Shown: positions 47,542 through 56,999 of the stretch, piece by piece
How the letters are laid out: the number at the start of each line of letters is the position of its first letter
Numbering within the stretch: the first letter of the stretch is position 1
DNA from: a virus
Virus record (IMG/VR): IMGVR_UViG_3300023171_000013
Coordinates: 2,704-66,703 of that record
Strand: one strand, 5' to 3'
DNA: 64,000 nucleotides
Notes under the pieces: generated by a model
What the model was told of the DNA's origin: nothing
Databases searched by the model: none
The model's input: only the letters and a program-made list of their open reading frames with translations
Translations under genes and position numbers: made by a program

Positions 47542-48456
47542 TTAGAAACTGGTATTCTGCGGGCCAAAATGAGTTTCGCCAGTATGTAAGCAGATAAGTC
47601 CGGTATCCACAAACACCGGCAGGCCGATCTTGCCTGCCCTCAAGCAGAACGCAACATCTTCCCCCTGCCCAACAAGATCAGGAGTGAAGTAACCCACTGG
47701 CTTTCCCTCTGTTTGAGGAATAATATGCGGCCATTCCTTTTCCGCAGCTTCCTTCATCTTCACAAATACCGAACGATGAATCCTCATCATGCCCGTGCCA
47801 GTCCAGCGTTGCTCCCGTAATGAACCGAGTTGGTTGTAATCGTGAAGCTCCGCATTTGCTTTAACCGAAGAGAATCCATCTGAGCATTGCGCCCGGCCCT
47901 TATCATGCCGCCCATAGTAAAGCGCACCAACGATAGGCACGTTCTCTCCATGGGACATGATCCGGTTAAACGCCGATAGCTTCGTGAACTTAGTTGGGAT
48001 ATTGGCTTTGTATCGTTGCGCGAACAGAGCTTCGTTACCGAAGGGTAAGATCATGTCGTCATCGACAAAGATACACCACTCGGCATCCGACTTGAGGAAC
48101 TTATCCACGAGCGTATTCCGGCTCTCATGTATAAGCGTGCGCTTTTCAGTCATAATCCCAATCTTCTCAGGACCATACTTTGCGTAGTTGGCAAACAGAG
48201 TGAAATGGGTTTCGAGGGACACACTGCGATAAACAGGAAGCAGGAGCATTACCTTGCGCCCCTCCCACTGGATAACCTCATGCGGCTTCTCCTTAGCTTC
48301 ATCTTCCAATACCTTTTCGATAGCTTCAATGGATGGCGAGGATTTACCCTTACGCCAGTTGTAGATACTCTGGCAGGTTACGCCAAAGTATCGTGCCGCT
48401 TCCGCTGGACCAAGTTGTTCGCACTTGGCCAGCACCTTTTCGATTAAAATAGGCAT
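47542..48456 (-). CDS. XRE/Cro-type HTH fused to a GT2-like glycosyltransferase
   Basis: PAEAARYFGVTCQSIYNWRKGKSSP; then LLLPVY, IHESRN, CIFVDDDMI, TGTGMMRIHR and GEDVAFC motifs. Confidence 0.85.
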   Translation of the reverse strand: MPILIEKVLAKCEQLGPAEAARYFGVTCQSIYNWRKGKSSPSIEAIEKVLEDEAKEKPHEVIQWEGRKVMLLLPVYRSVSLETHFTLFANYAKYGPEKIGIMTEKRTLIHESRNTLVDKFLKSDAEWCIFVDDDMILPFGNEALFAQRYKANIPTKFTKLSAFNRIMSHGENVPIVGALYYGRHDKGRAQCSDGFSSVKANAELHDYNQLGSLREQRWTGTGMMRIHRSVFVKMKEAAEKEWPHIIPQTEGKPVGYFTPDLVGQGEDVAFCLRAGKIGLPVFVDTGLICLHTGETHFGPQNTSF

Positions 48457-48476
48457 ATTGGTTTAGTTCGTTAATC

Positions 48477-49880
48477 TTAACCTTGCCCACCAGCAATGGC
48501 ATCAAGTTCTTCCTCAAGAGTGCGGGGCTTTGCTGCCTTCTTTTCCTCCTGCTTTCCACCAGCAATAGAAGATTTCTTTGGCGTCGTAGTTGACGCGCCG
48601 CGCACCTTATCCAACTCCGCCTTGAGTTTGGCAATCTCAACATCCTTTTCTTTGTTCGTTGCCTCAGCTTTGGCAAGTGATCGTTTAACTGGATAGAGCA
48701 GCGTGGCATCTTTGACCATCGCTAGATATTCGTCGGGATCGGTTGTGCCAATAGACGCCTTGAGCACATCCCGCAGTTGCTTGCGATAAATGTTCTCTTC
48801 TTTGATTTCTTTGGCCTTTTCAGGCGAGGCATCAGCAGGGGCAACCAAATCCTTAAATGAATCATCTTCGTTCGTCAGCTTGGCCACAAACGCCTCTACC
48901 TTAGCCTTGAGTCCAGTCGAGCGTTCCTGTTGGGCTTTCTCTTGCGCCGTGAAATATTCCTTGGCCTTGCCTTTTTCGGTTTCGATATACCTCACCTTTT
49001 CAGATGCGAGACGAGCCTGCTCCTGAATAGCAGAATCCAAGGCCAAAGCATCAGCAGGATTGTTATCCGTAAGCGTATCACGAATACGGTTAAACAGTTC
49101 CTTTGCCGTTACGCTCTTACCATCGGCCAGCTTGTAGCTCTTGTTCAGCCGCGCAAACTTAGCCAATCCCCCTTCATCATTAATTAGCTTAATAAGCCCT
49201 TCCCCCGCAGCGTTCTGTTTCAGAATATCAGAAATCTCGGCATCTTTGGCTACAATGGCGTCATCAAACTTCGCCTTCACCTCGGGATCAGATTCAAGCT
49301 GGTAACGACGACGATACATAGCCAGTTCGTCAATCTGCTTCTGCACATCAGGATTCGCGCTACCCGATTCCGTTAACTTCTTTTCCAGATCAGCCAGCGC
49401 GGTAGCCTTTTCGGTCAGTTCAGCCTTAGTGGTAGCCACGATCCTGTTTGTCTCTTCAACCTTGTGAAGCAGAGCCTTAATGCGGCGGGCGGTCTTCGGC
49501 TTGTCCAATGGCGAAGGAGCCAAGTCCTCGTCCTTCAAGTCGGAATAGTCATCCTCCTTGGTTTCAGTGGAAGCATCGGGCTTTGCCTCTTCCTTCTTTT
49601 CCTCTTTCTTCGTTGAGGCATTATCGAAGTCAGAACCTACACCAGCATCCTCTTTCTTTTCTTCCTTCTTTTCCTCGACCACCGGCTTTTCCTCAGCAGC
49701 TTTATCCTCTTTAGCGAACGGGTCTTTACCCTCCCCGAAAGCATCGAAAATCCCAGCTAGGGATTCTACTCCGCTTGAAGCAACCAAGGGCTTACCGTTG
49801 TCGATAATTTCCTTTTGTGCATTATTGTCAGCAGCAGGCGGCGTGTCCTGCTTGTTTTCTTCCGTAGTATTTTCAGCCAT
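48477..49880 (-). CDS. Putative capsid scaffolding protein
   Basis: Acidic disordered N-terminus and long coiled coils, between portal and capsid genes. Confidence 0.65.
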   Translation of the reverse strand: MAENTTEENKQDTPPAADNNAQKEIIDNGKPLVASSGVESLAGIFDAFGEGKDPFAKEDKAAEEKPVVEEKKEEKKEDAGVGSDFDNASTKKEEKKEEAKPDASTETKEDDYSDLKDEDLAPSPLDKPKTARRIKALLHKVEETNRIVATTKAELTEKATALADLEKKLTESGSANPDVQKQIDELAMYRRRYQLESDPEVKAKFDDAIVAKDAEISDILKQNAAGEGLIKLINDEGGLAKFARLNKSYKLADGKSVTAKELFNRIRDTLTDNNPADALALDSAIQEQARLASEKVRYIETEKGKAKEYFTAQEKAQQERSTGLKAKVEAFVAKLTNEDDSFKDLVAPADASPEKAKEIKEENIYRKQLRDVLKASIGTTDPDEYLAMVKDATLLYPVKRSLAKAEATNKEKDVEIAKLKAELDKVRGASTTTPKKSSIAGGKQEEKKAAKPRTLEEELDAIAGGQG

Positions 49881-49909
49881 AAATTATTTTTGGTTTGTGT
49901 CAGTCTTTT

Positions 49910-50152
49910 TTACTTTCCGTCTGGTCGCTTAGACAACCCCTTTTCGGCAAGGATAGCCGCGAGGTCGTCGACATGGATACAGTCACACATGCAAGCACCG
50001 GAATGCTGCGTGGGCAACGGGGCAATCTGGCCATTACAATAATCCTTACCCTGCGTCGCATTGTAAAGAACGCCGAGATGCGTCACATTTCCGCCGTTAA
50101 GCTGAACAATCACGTCGCCATTCTTTGCTTCTCTTCCATTTCTATAGTGCAT
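49910..50152 (-). CDS. Hypothetical protein
   Basis: 80-aa ATG ORF. Confidence 0.6.
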   Translation of the reverse strand: MHYRNGREAKNGDVIVQLNGGNVTHLGVLYNATQGKDYCNGQIAPLPTQHSGACMCDCIHVDDLAAILAEKGLSKRPDGK

Positions 50153-50170
50153 ATTTTTAATATTTAATTA

Positions 50171-50422
50171 TTACCTGTCGAGAGTGTCGTCTGCATCACT
50201 AGTCTCCAAATCCCCCTTGAGGGATGAAAGCTTTTCCATTTCCTTTAAGCATTGACCCCAGCCCTGAGTCTGCCCCGAAGTAAAATGCATCACATGCGCT
50301 TGCTCGCTAATGGAAATCGAAGGAGTCAAGTATGCGAGGTATCCCTTGAGTTCTTCCCCCGCCTCTGTGTTCAGGAATTTGGCAATAGCCATCTTCCCCT
50401 TCTTGGTTAGTTCTTGGTTCAT
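50171..50422 (-). CDS. Small post-portal protein (Bbp19-like)
   Basis: FLNTEAGEELKGYL...GQTQG; position after the portal. Confidence 0.55.
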   Translation of the reverse strand: MNQELTKKGKMAIAKFLNTEAGEELKGYLAYLTPSISISEQAHVMHFTSGQTQGWGQCLKEMEKLSSLKGDLETSDADDTLDR

Positions 50423-51090
50423 TGGTTTTCTAAAATTCGTTTATCTATCCATGCCCTAGCCGATACGACATCATCAATTTTATTTGATTTAATCAAGTTA
50501 TCTTTAGCCCAAAGTGGTTGTAAGTTTGTGTAGTGGCAAAGTGCTAGAATTTCTTCGGTGGTTTTCGCAAAGCTTATCGGAATTATATGATCCAACTGCC
50601 ATCCGTTGTTGCCCCAGTTTTCCCAATTCATGCCTTCTGAAAACAAGGATTCTAGGTGGGATTTAATTTCGGGCAATGAAGCGCCAAGATACTTCGGAAT
50701 AGTTTTAGTTGCTGATAGTTTTGATTTCCTGATGATTTTACCTGTTCTCTGAATTGCCGCCCACCTTAATTTGAAAACAGGATCAGTTTCTCTTAGTCGT
50801 TTAATTCGCGCTGAATTATTTTTTATCATCCTATTCTTGTTAATCGGATAAACTCTCTGCGAATATAATCTCCTCATTTCTTTTACGTGAGGCTTTTGAG
50901 AGTAGTTTGTGTTTTTTTGATAATCTGCGGCTTTTTGAATTATTGATTTTTTATTCTTTTCGTAGTGAAATTTTCTGGCAGCAAGACGAACCGTTGAGTA
51001 AGACTTGAATTTTAGTTCGGGGATAAATCCCCTACTAGTGTCCCACCAAACATGCCCAGTAACCGGACAAATATCTCCCCGTTTAGGCAA
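50419..51090 (-). CDS. HNH/endonuclease VII-like homing endonuclease
   Basis: YLGAS..EIKSHLE..F.EGMNWENWG..WQLDHIIP...HYTNLQPLWAKDNLIKS; AT-rich. Confidence 0.85.
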   Translation of the reverse strand: MPKRGDICPVTGHVWWDTSRGFIPELKFKSYSTVRLAARKFHYEKNKKSIIQKAADYQKNTNYSQKPHVKEMRRLYSQRVYPINKNRMIKNNSARIKRLRETDPVFKLRWAAIQRTGKIIRKSKLSATKTIPKYLGASLPEIKSHLESLFSEGMNWENWGNNGWQLDHIIPISFAKTTEEILALCHYTNLQPLWAKDNLIKSNKIDDVVSARAWIDKRILENQ

Positions 51091-53140
51091 TTGGCTGGAC
51101 TCCTTGATTTGATTGCTGCGCCATAGCTTCCGCCGCTTGGTTGAGCGCCTTTTCGTATTCTGAAATCTTGTGCTTCGTAGGGTTCACTTCGTCCTTTGGC
51201 CATGTCTTCTTAGACACACCCTGCGCGTAGTGGGCCGCGAAGTGTTGCAGAGCAAGTTGAGCCACATTCAACTTACCGCCCTGAATTAGATTAGGAATAC
51301 CCGCCTCAACCACCTGACCATGCACCCAGTCATTATCCTGCGGCAGCACCGGCACAGCCATTCCTTGCATCATAGCGGAGTTTTCAAGCGTCTGTTGGCT
51401 CTGCGCCAATAGAACCTGAGATTGGTCGCCTTCTGGCAGCAATACGTTCTCCGCAAAGTGCATCCCGCCCGCAGCCTCAGCTTGCACCAGTTCAAGCGCA
51501 CGTTGGTTATACAGGGGATTACCTACCTTGCTTGCCGCAAATGCAGCCCTCTGTTGTGCTGCGAACGGGGTAAAGTCGGTAATCGTCTGGATCGTCGGCT
51601 GCGTAACCAAAAGCAAAATCTCTTCATCCGTTAGAACCTCGCGCAACTTAGCACGCAGTTTCTTAGCCACGTCATCAGGCGAATCAGGATCGGTTAAACG
51701 AATAGTGATCGTGTTAATCAACTGAGCTACCTGCATCAGCCAATTATCCAACAATGCCTGTTGAAGCTCTTGCTCCTTCTGTATGTTAGCGTTTACTTGC
51801 GCGGCCTTAATGTCGGACGGAGACAAGGGAATCGGCGGCACATACGCACCAATCTTTTCCTGCGCCAATCGAGTCATCTGCACATCCAGAGACATATACG
51901 CCTCAACGTTCTGAGGAAGTGCCGCCGCAGCACCGTTATACATTCCACCCGATACAATCATCATCGTATCGTTGACGGTAAGTTTAACCGCATTGGCGTC
52001 CTTGGCGTCAGCCACCTGAATCTTTAGCTTGTTCTGGTTACGCAGGTTATCAATGGAGTCGTTGCGAATCTTCTCAACCTGCACGGACATATCGTAAAGA
52101 ATCTGTCCACCACCCCAGCTACCCTGAATAGTTCCATCACCGTAATCAAACACGAGTGGAACACATACGCGCTCCATCGTTTCATAAGCGTCTTCCTTTT
52201 CATAAAGGAGTGCCTTTCCCTCACCCTTAGCCTCACGCAAAAGAATGTAGTGACTTACCTTGCCATCATATTCTCGTGCAAAAAGATGATAGGTTTGGAC
52301 CAGCTTAGTTCCCTTCGCATAGGAGTAAGACTGGGTAGATTGACGAATCAGTTCCTCATATGAACGCTGTTCAGAATTACTTGAGTCAGCCGGAGCAGGT
52401 GCAGAATCATTCACTGCCTTAACCACTCCCTCTTCGTTCCAGTTCTTTAATCCTGCATCTTTGTTTTTCTTAAGGAGAGCCAAGAGTTCACCCGGCTTGT
52501 AGTCCCACTTCACACAGAAGAATGCAATGTCCTCATCCATGATTTCCGTGCCTGATGGGACAAACCCCTTATCCATGCGAATCAGAGACGGACGCCATTC
52601 GTATTGATCGAAGTATGCCGCGTATCCCACACCAAAAATACCTACCTCACGAGCCAACCCGCGAATAAAGAAATTCCACTTCTTCCAGCTACGGATAGCT
52701 TCCGTTACTTGCGTTCGGAAATACTGGGTCTTTTCGATTCCGTTAGGCCAGCTAATCGGAAGCTGTGAAGCAGTCAGATACTTCGCCTGCGCCACCGGCA
52801 TATAGAACCTAGGGGGAATCTTACCGCACTCAGTTGAAAGGAAACCCGTAGAGATGTTCGTCTTCCATGCCTTACCTTGATTCTTTAGTGTGCGAGAATT
52901 ATAGGGACGATCCCCATTCAGCTTTGCTGTGATTTGTGCCGAATGCCCTACCCCCTTATCCCAGTCTTGCACCAAGCGTTCACAAATATCAAAGGCTTGG
53001 CTCGCACTTGTTATAACGCGCTCTGCCTCTAGCTTTCCACCTTCCTTCACGTTAGGCGAGTTCCCCATGTAGTTGGGATCGTCAACGTCCTCTTCGTCGC
53101 CAAGAAAATCAGGTTTCATATATAGGGAATTAGCTGCCAA
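51083..53140 (-). CDS. Portal protein
   Basis: ~680 aa, first gene of the head module, Gln-rich helical C-terminus; probable ATG at 53119. Confidence 0.7.
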   Translation of the reverse strand: MAANSLYMKPDFLGDEEDVDDPNYMGNSPNVKEGGKLEAERVITSASQAFDICERLVQDWDKGVGHSAQITAKLNGDRPYNSRTLKNQGKAWKTNISTGFLSTECGKIPPRFYMPVAQAKYLTASQLPISWPNGIEKTQYFRTQVTEAIRSWKKWNFFIRGLAREVGIFGVGYAAYFDQYEWRPSLIRMDKGFVPSGTEIMDEDIAFFCVKWDYKPGELLALLKKNKDAGLKNWNEEGVVKAVNDSAPAPADSSNSEQRSYEELIRQSTQSYSYAKGTKLVQTYHLFAREYDGKVSHYILLREAKGEGKALLYEKEDAYETMERVCVPLVFDYGDGTIQGSWGGGQILYDMSVQVEKIRNDSIDNLRNQNKLKIQVADAKDANAVKLTVNDTMMIVSGGMYNGAAAALPQNVEAYMSLDVQMTRLAQEKIGAYVPPIPLSPSDIKAAQVNANIQKEQELQQALLDNWLMQVAQLINTITIRLTDPDSPDDVAKKLRAKLREVLTDEEILLLVTQPTIQTITDFTPFAAQQRAAFAASKVGNPLYNQRALELVQAEAAGGMHFAENVLLPEGDQSQVLLAQSQQTLENSAMMQGMAVPVLPQDNDWVHGQVVEAGIPNLIQGGKLNVAQLALQHFAAHYAQGVSKKTWPKDEVNPTKHKISEYEKALNQAAEAMAQQSNQGVQPIA

Positions 53141-53260
53141 GTCCTTCGTCTTTCATATCTGTATCCTCCTACCCTGATACCCGATAAACCCTAGTCAAAT
53201 CTTTTTTACTAGATCATAGGCTTATTCCGCGAAGAACACGATTTACTATGTTTCTCCGTA

Positions 53261-54625
53261 TTATTCCTCTACGCCCATGCTAAAGAAGGTAGCAATTGGC
53301 CGTTTAAACAGAAGATCGCAAGTTGCCATACCTTCACCACGTCCTTTTGCCTGAATCAGTTTTGCCTCAACTTCACGCACGTCTTGGTCATTAAAATTCT
53401 GAGGAACCCCTGTAGAGTCCTTGGCGTTCCAATGTATAAATACCACACGGTCACTATCTTGCTCAATATTTCCCGACTCACGCAAGTCTGAACACCTAGG
53501 CTCACGCTCCTCTTTCTCTACACTACGGCCAATCTGACAGAGCAATACGATAGGGATATTCAAATCCACTGCCAGATCATGCAGGGCTTTTGTGATCCTG
53601 CCGATAGCCAAGTCTCGCGTCTCATGCTTCTGTTGCTCCACATCGTAAATTTGTAGGTAGTCGATAAGCACCGCCTTTGGCTTACTCATTTGCACCATAG
53701 CGCGGATACGGGCGAATACCTGAGAGAATGTCTTATCTCTATCGTGAATGCGGAGGTTCTTAACCTTCTTTAGCTCCTTGAGCGCATTAGAGAACTCCAA
53801 GAGTTCTTTGTGGTGGAGTTTTCCGTAACGCGCATCACGCCAGCCATAACCGCAGTTTGATTGAGCAAAGAGAAATGGAAGCTGACCAATAGGCATTTCT
53901 CGGCTGAATAGATCAACAGGCCCGTGCTTGTTTGCCCAATGGTAGGCTAGTTGACGCGCAACGCAGGATTTACCACGAGACGGACGCGCAGCCACAATTA
54001 CTAGCTCCCCCTTCTGAATTGGCCCTAGAAAGCGATTAGCGTCCTTCCAAGGCCATTCCAGTCCCACATCCTCATCCGACTGTTCCCCTTTAGCTATGCG
54101 CTCCACGCGGGCAATAGCTTCGTCGCACGCCTCGCTCATGGTCTTTTGCTTTTCCAGTCCTTCGCGTAGAGCCAAGCAATCCTCTACCACTTGGATGAAC
54201 TTTGCCGCGTCTCCCTCATAGGAGTAGCTTGCCGAAATCAGGTTCTCGCCAGCCTTGATTAGCTCACGCTGCATGTAGAGTTCCTGAATCTTTTCGATGA
54301 ACACCTTTGACTGCATCGGAGTAGGCAAAAGATTTGCCACTTTCCCTAGGTATCCATGCCCACCGATCTTATCCAACTTACCCAGCTTCTTTAGCTCCTC
54401 GGCTACTACCATCATCGAAAGCTCTTTGCCGTTCTTATGCAGCCATAGAGCGGTCTTCCAGAGCAGACCATTGTTTGGGAAGTAGAAACTTTTCTCCTCT
54501 ATCTTGCCGTCGATTGCCTCAAGTAAAATCTCGCTACCCCCTTCCATGAAGATACAGCAAAGTAGCCCCATTTCCATATCATTGCTATTTGGGGCCACTC
54601 GTGAGCCATCGGTAGGTTGTTCCAT
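53261..54625 (-). CDS. dnaB: DnaB-like replicative helicase
   Basis: AARPSRGKS, FSREM, IDYLQ, LCQIGRSVE..EREPRCSDLRESGNIEQDSD and KGRGE motifs; probable ATG at 54625. Confidence 0.95.
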   Translation of the reverse strand: MEQPTDGSRVAPNSNDMEMGLLCCIFMEGGSEILLEAIDGKIEEKSFYFPNNGLLWKTALWLHKNGKELSMMVVAEELKKLGKLDKIGGHGYLGKVANLLPTPMQSKVFIEKIQELYMQRELIKAGENLISASYSYEGDAAKFIQVVEDCLALREGLEKQKTMSEACDEAIARVERIAKGEQSDEDVGLEWPWKDANRFLGPIQKGELVIVAARPSRGKSCVARQLAYHWANKHGPVDLFSREMPIGQLPFLFAQSNCGYGWRDARYGKLHHKELLEFSNALKELKKVKNLRIHDRDKTFSQVFARIRAMVQMSKPKAVLIDYLQIYDVEQQKHETRDLAIGRITKALHDLAVDLNIPIVLLCQIGRSVEKEEREPRCSDLRESGNIEQDSDRVVFIHWNAKDSTGVPQNFNDQDVREVEAKLIQAKGRGEGMATCDLLFKRPIATFFSMGVEE

Positions 54626-54892
54626 TGGTTGAGGCGGAAAGGTAAGTCCTCGCTCACTAGGGAATGCAAGTAAGTAAGCTGGACAAGAGTATCCGCAAAT
54701 CTTTGCTTGTTTCGCCTTCCTTCGGTGGAATAGCAGGATGACCAAGCAAGAACGAATCAAGCTGATGCTTTTCGCAGGAAGGAACTATTTTCACTTACCT
54801 GCTTGACTTGCTACGAACCAATCTCCTTTGTCACTCGAATCCGAACGGCGTGACAACTGTGAGGAAACTTACAGATTACGCCGTTCACCTAA

Positions 54893-54931
54893 GAACCGAT
54901 CTGGCCCGTCACGCCCTAGGTCGGTTTTTTT
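54893..54931 (+). terminator. Terminator/attenuator hairpin
   Basis: AACCGATCTGG...CTAGGTCGGTT followed by a T-run. Confidence 0.65.
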
Positions 54932-55310
54932 GTGCCCGCGATTATCGAACGACGCACAAACGAATAGACCTAGTTATCCTAGTTTGGAGGCGAAGGGTCC
55001 GGCCACGTATCAGCAAAGGCACCGGAACGATATATAACAGTTTTTCAGGCGTGACCCTTTTCCGCTTTCAGTCACGCGAAGTCGCAAGCTAAGTTGCGGC
55101 AAGGACGATTCAGGGGGTGCCAACTAAGGGCGGGCTTGTCCCACCGCTCAAAAGACACCTAGCTAGCCGTGATGAGTTTCACGGATGGGGCTCTAATTTA
55201 ACGAAGGAACTGTGATTTATCGCGTCTATTTTCTGCCCCTTTACCGGAGCGGAGGAAAGCGTGCTGGGGATAATTTAACGAAGTTCTAAAACATTAACCT
55301 CCTGTTAATA

Positions 55311-55547
55311 ATGCAAATACACTCAAGAAAAAGATTTAAGAAAGCGAAGACTAAGAAAGGTAGAGCAAGACAAGCAAACAACTATCAAATAGCTAAGTTA
55401 AGGTCTTCAGGACTTTTTGATTCATCACAACGTGGTAAGCTAAAGATTCACCGTATTTCCGATATGTCGCCCGAAGAACGGGCCGAATTTGGCTTACTTC
55501 CTTTACAGGAATCCGACAACATCCCAGCTAAACCCTATGGCCTCTGA
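55311..55547 (+). CDS. Basic hypothetical protein
   Basis: Lys/Arg-rich ATG ORF. Confidence 0.5.
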   Translation: MQIHSRKRFKKAKTKKGRARQANNYQIAKLRSSGLFDSSQRGKLKIHRISDMSPEERAEFGLLPLQESDNIPAKPYGL

Positions 55548-55827
55548 CCCTATCTACAAAACATTTGAAGACTTAACCAAGTTCATCAACGGCTACGAAG
55601 CCGAACGTCAATCTCGACCAAGTAAAAGATGGCAGAACGACAAAAGGATTCCTCAAGAACTTTGCGCGGCCATGATTAAGGCTAGTGATGCTAAACGAGA
55701 GTTACGCGAAGCTGCCGCTAAAGCCCGCATAGATGCTGCTCGTTACGATAATAAGGCAGATGAATTTTCAATGATTCAACAACGCCTGCGCATTGAACTA
55801 CACGAGTCAGTTGATAACCACGAATAA
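55489..55827 (+). CDS. Hypothetical protein
   Basis: ORF in a packed run; probable start MASDP. Confidence 0.55.
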   Translation: MAYFLYRNPTTSQLNPMASDPIYKTFEDLTKFINGYEAERQSRPSKRWQNDKRIPQELCAAMIKASDAKRELREAAAKARIDAARYDNKADEFSMIQQRLRIELHESVDNHE

Positions 55828-55832
55828 TCCCC

Positions 55833-56147
55833 ATGACCCAACAATTCAATCCCAAAACCCGCCTCGGCAACCGATTCAAAGCCTTCCGCGAAAAGAAAGC
55901 CCTTGGTCGCCCTCCTGAGTTCCAAAAGACGGAAGACCGATTAAAGACCGAGGCTTGCCGAAAATCAGTGAACACAAATGAAATGAAAGATGGCGAGCAT
56001 CCGGTTGAAGTCTCCCATCAGCTTACCGACTACCGCAATGGCAACGAAGTTCTCGCCACGAAGAAGATGGATAGGCTTTACGCCTATGGCCTCAACTACC
56101 GACTCAATGGAACCGGCTTTGCTTGGGCGGTTAAGACCGGATACTAA
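55833..56147 (+). CDS. Hypothetical protein
   Basis: 104-aa ATG ORF. Confidence 0.55.
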   Translation: MTQQFNPKTRLGNRFKAFREKKALGRPPEFQKTEDRLKTEACRKSVNTNEMKDGEHPVEVSHQLTDYRNGNEVLATKKMDRLYAYGLNYRLNGTGFAWAVKTGY

Positions 56148-56152
56148 CCCAC

Positions 56153-56488
56153 ATGAAGCTCATAATCGCAGGTGGCAGAGACTACGAACTCGACGGAGCC
56201 GACTACGACAAGCTAGACGCGATCAAGGGCATTACTGAAATTGTTTCAGGCGGAGCCACGGGCGCAGATGCTTGCGGAGAATTCTATGCCGGTGTAAACA
56301 ATATTCCGGTTAAACGGTTTCCTGCTGATTGGGGTCTTTACGGTAAAGTCGCTGGTCCTATCCGTAATCGTAAGATGGCAGATTATGCGGACGCTGTTGC
56401 CTTGTTCAAAGGAGACAAAGGAACAGCCAATATGCGTGCAGAGGCACAACGCGTAGGCTTAATCATCTACGACTTCACCTCCACATGA
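56153..56488 (+). CDS. SLOG-family protein (DUF2493/YspA-like)
   Basis: IIAGGRDY, IVSGGATGAD, PADW..YGKVAGPIRN and KGTANM motifs. Confidence 0.88.
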   Translation: MKLIIAGGRDYELDGADYDKLDAIKGITEIVSGGATGADACGEFYAGVNNIPVKRFPADWGLYGKVAGPIRNRKMADYADAVALFKGDKGTANMRAEAQRVGLIIYDFTST

Positions 56489-56685
56489 AAATCAGAATCG
56501 ACAAATGCACTTCTCCCTCTGCTTGGTATGCCAACCGAGTAGGCGAAGTCCTGCCTGTTGTTCGCTTTGAAGCCAACCGCCACCCAGCACAAGGAATACC
56601 CGAAGACGTGTATTGGTGCCGCGAGGGTGGAACCTACAACGCACTCAACTACGTTCGCCGCTCTGATGCCACCGAGGTAGATTGA
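56485..56685 (+). CDS. Hypothetical protein
   Basis: WYANRVGE small SH3-like phage pattern. Confidence 0.55.
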   Translation: MKIRIDKCTSPSAWYANRVGEVLPVVRFEANRHPAQGIPEDVYWCREGGTYNALNYVRRSDATEVD

Positions 56686-56743
56686 TTCTGCTTACTTCCT
56701 TGCCCACTCACAATTTCTCCTCCGTATCTCTCAATCAGAACCT

Positions 56744-56989
56744 ATGAAATATCCAAATAATCCAGAAGTAATTGTTACAGTAGAAAAAATCAACAATGAT
56801 GGCGATACGGTTAATCATGGCGATAAAATCGCTGGAATTGAAGTTCGCCAACCAGAAGGAGCACACGATGCCGAAGTAACTATTGATATTCGTAACCACA
56901 CCCGAAGCGGTAATCTCGTGCTTCGATTCCCATTCACTGAATTTATGGCTGCTCTTTCATTAGCTACCGTAAACACGGTGCGTGACTAA
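56744..56989 (+). CDS. Hypothetical protein
   Basis: First ORF after the promoter box at 56690. Confidence 0.55.
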   Translation: MKYPNNPEVIVTVEKINNDGDTVNHGDKIAGIEVRQPEGAHDAEVTIDIRNHTRSGNLVLRFPFTEFMAALSLATVNTVRD

Positions 56990-56999
56990 TTAAAACCAA

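Noticed and set aside
53130-53156. Tiny upstream ORF MKDEGLGS before the portal gene
   Set aside because: Too short to support; possibly a remnant of a local duplication of the portal start.
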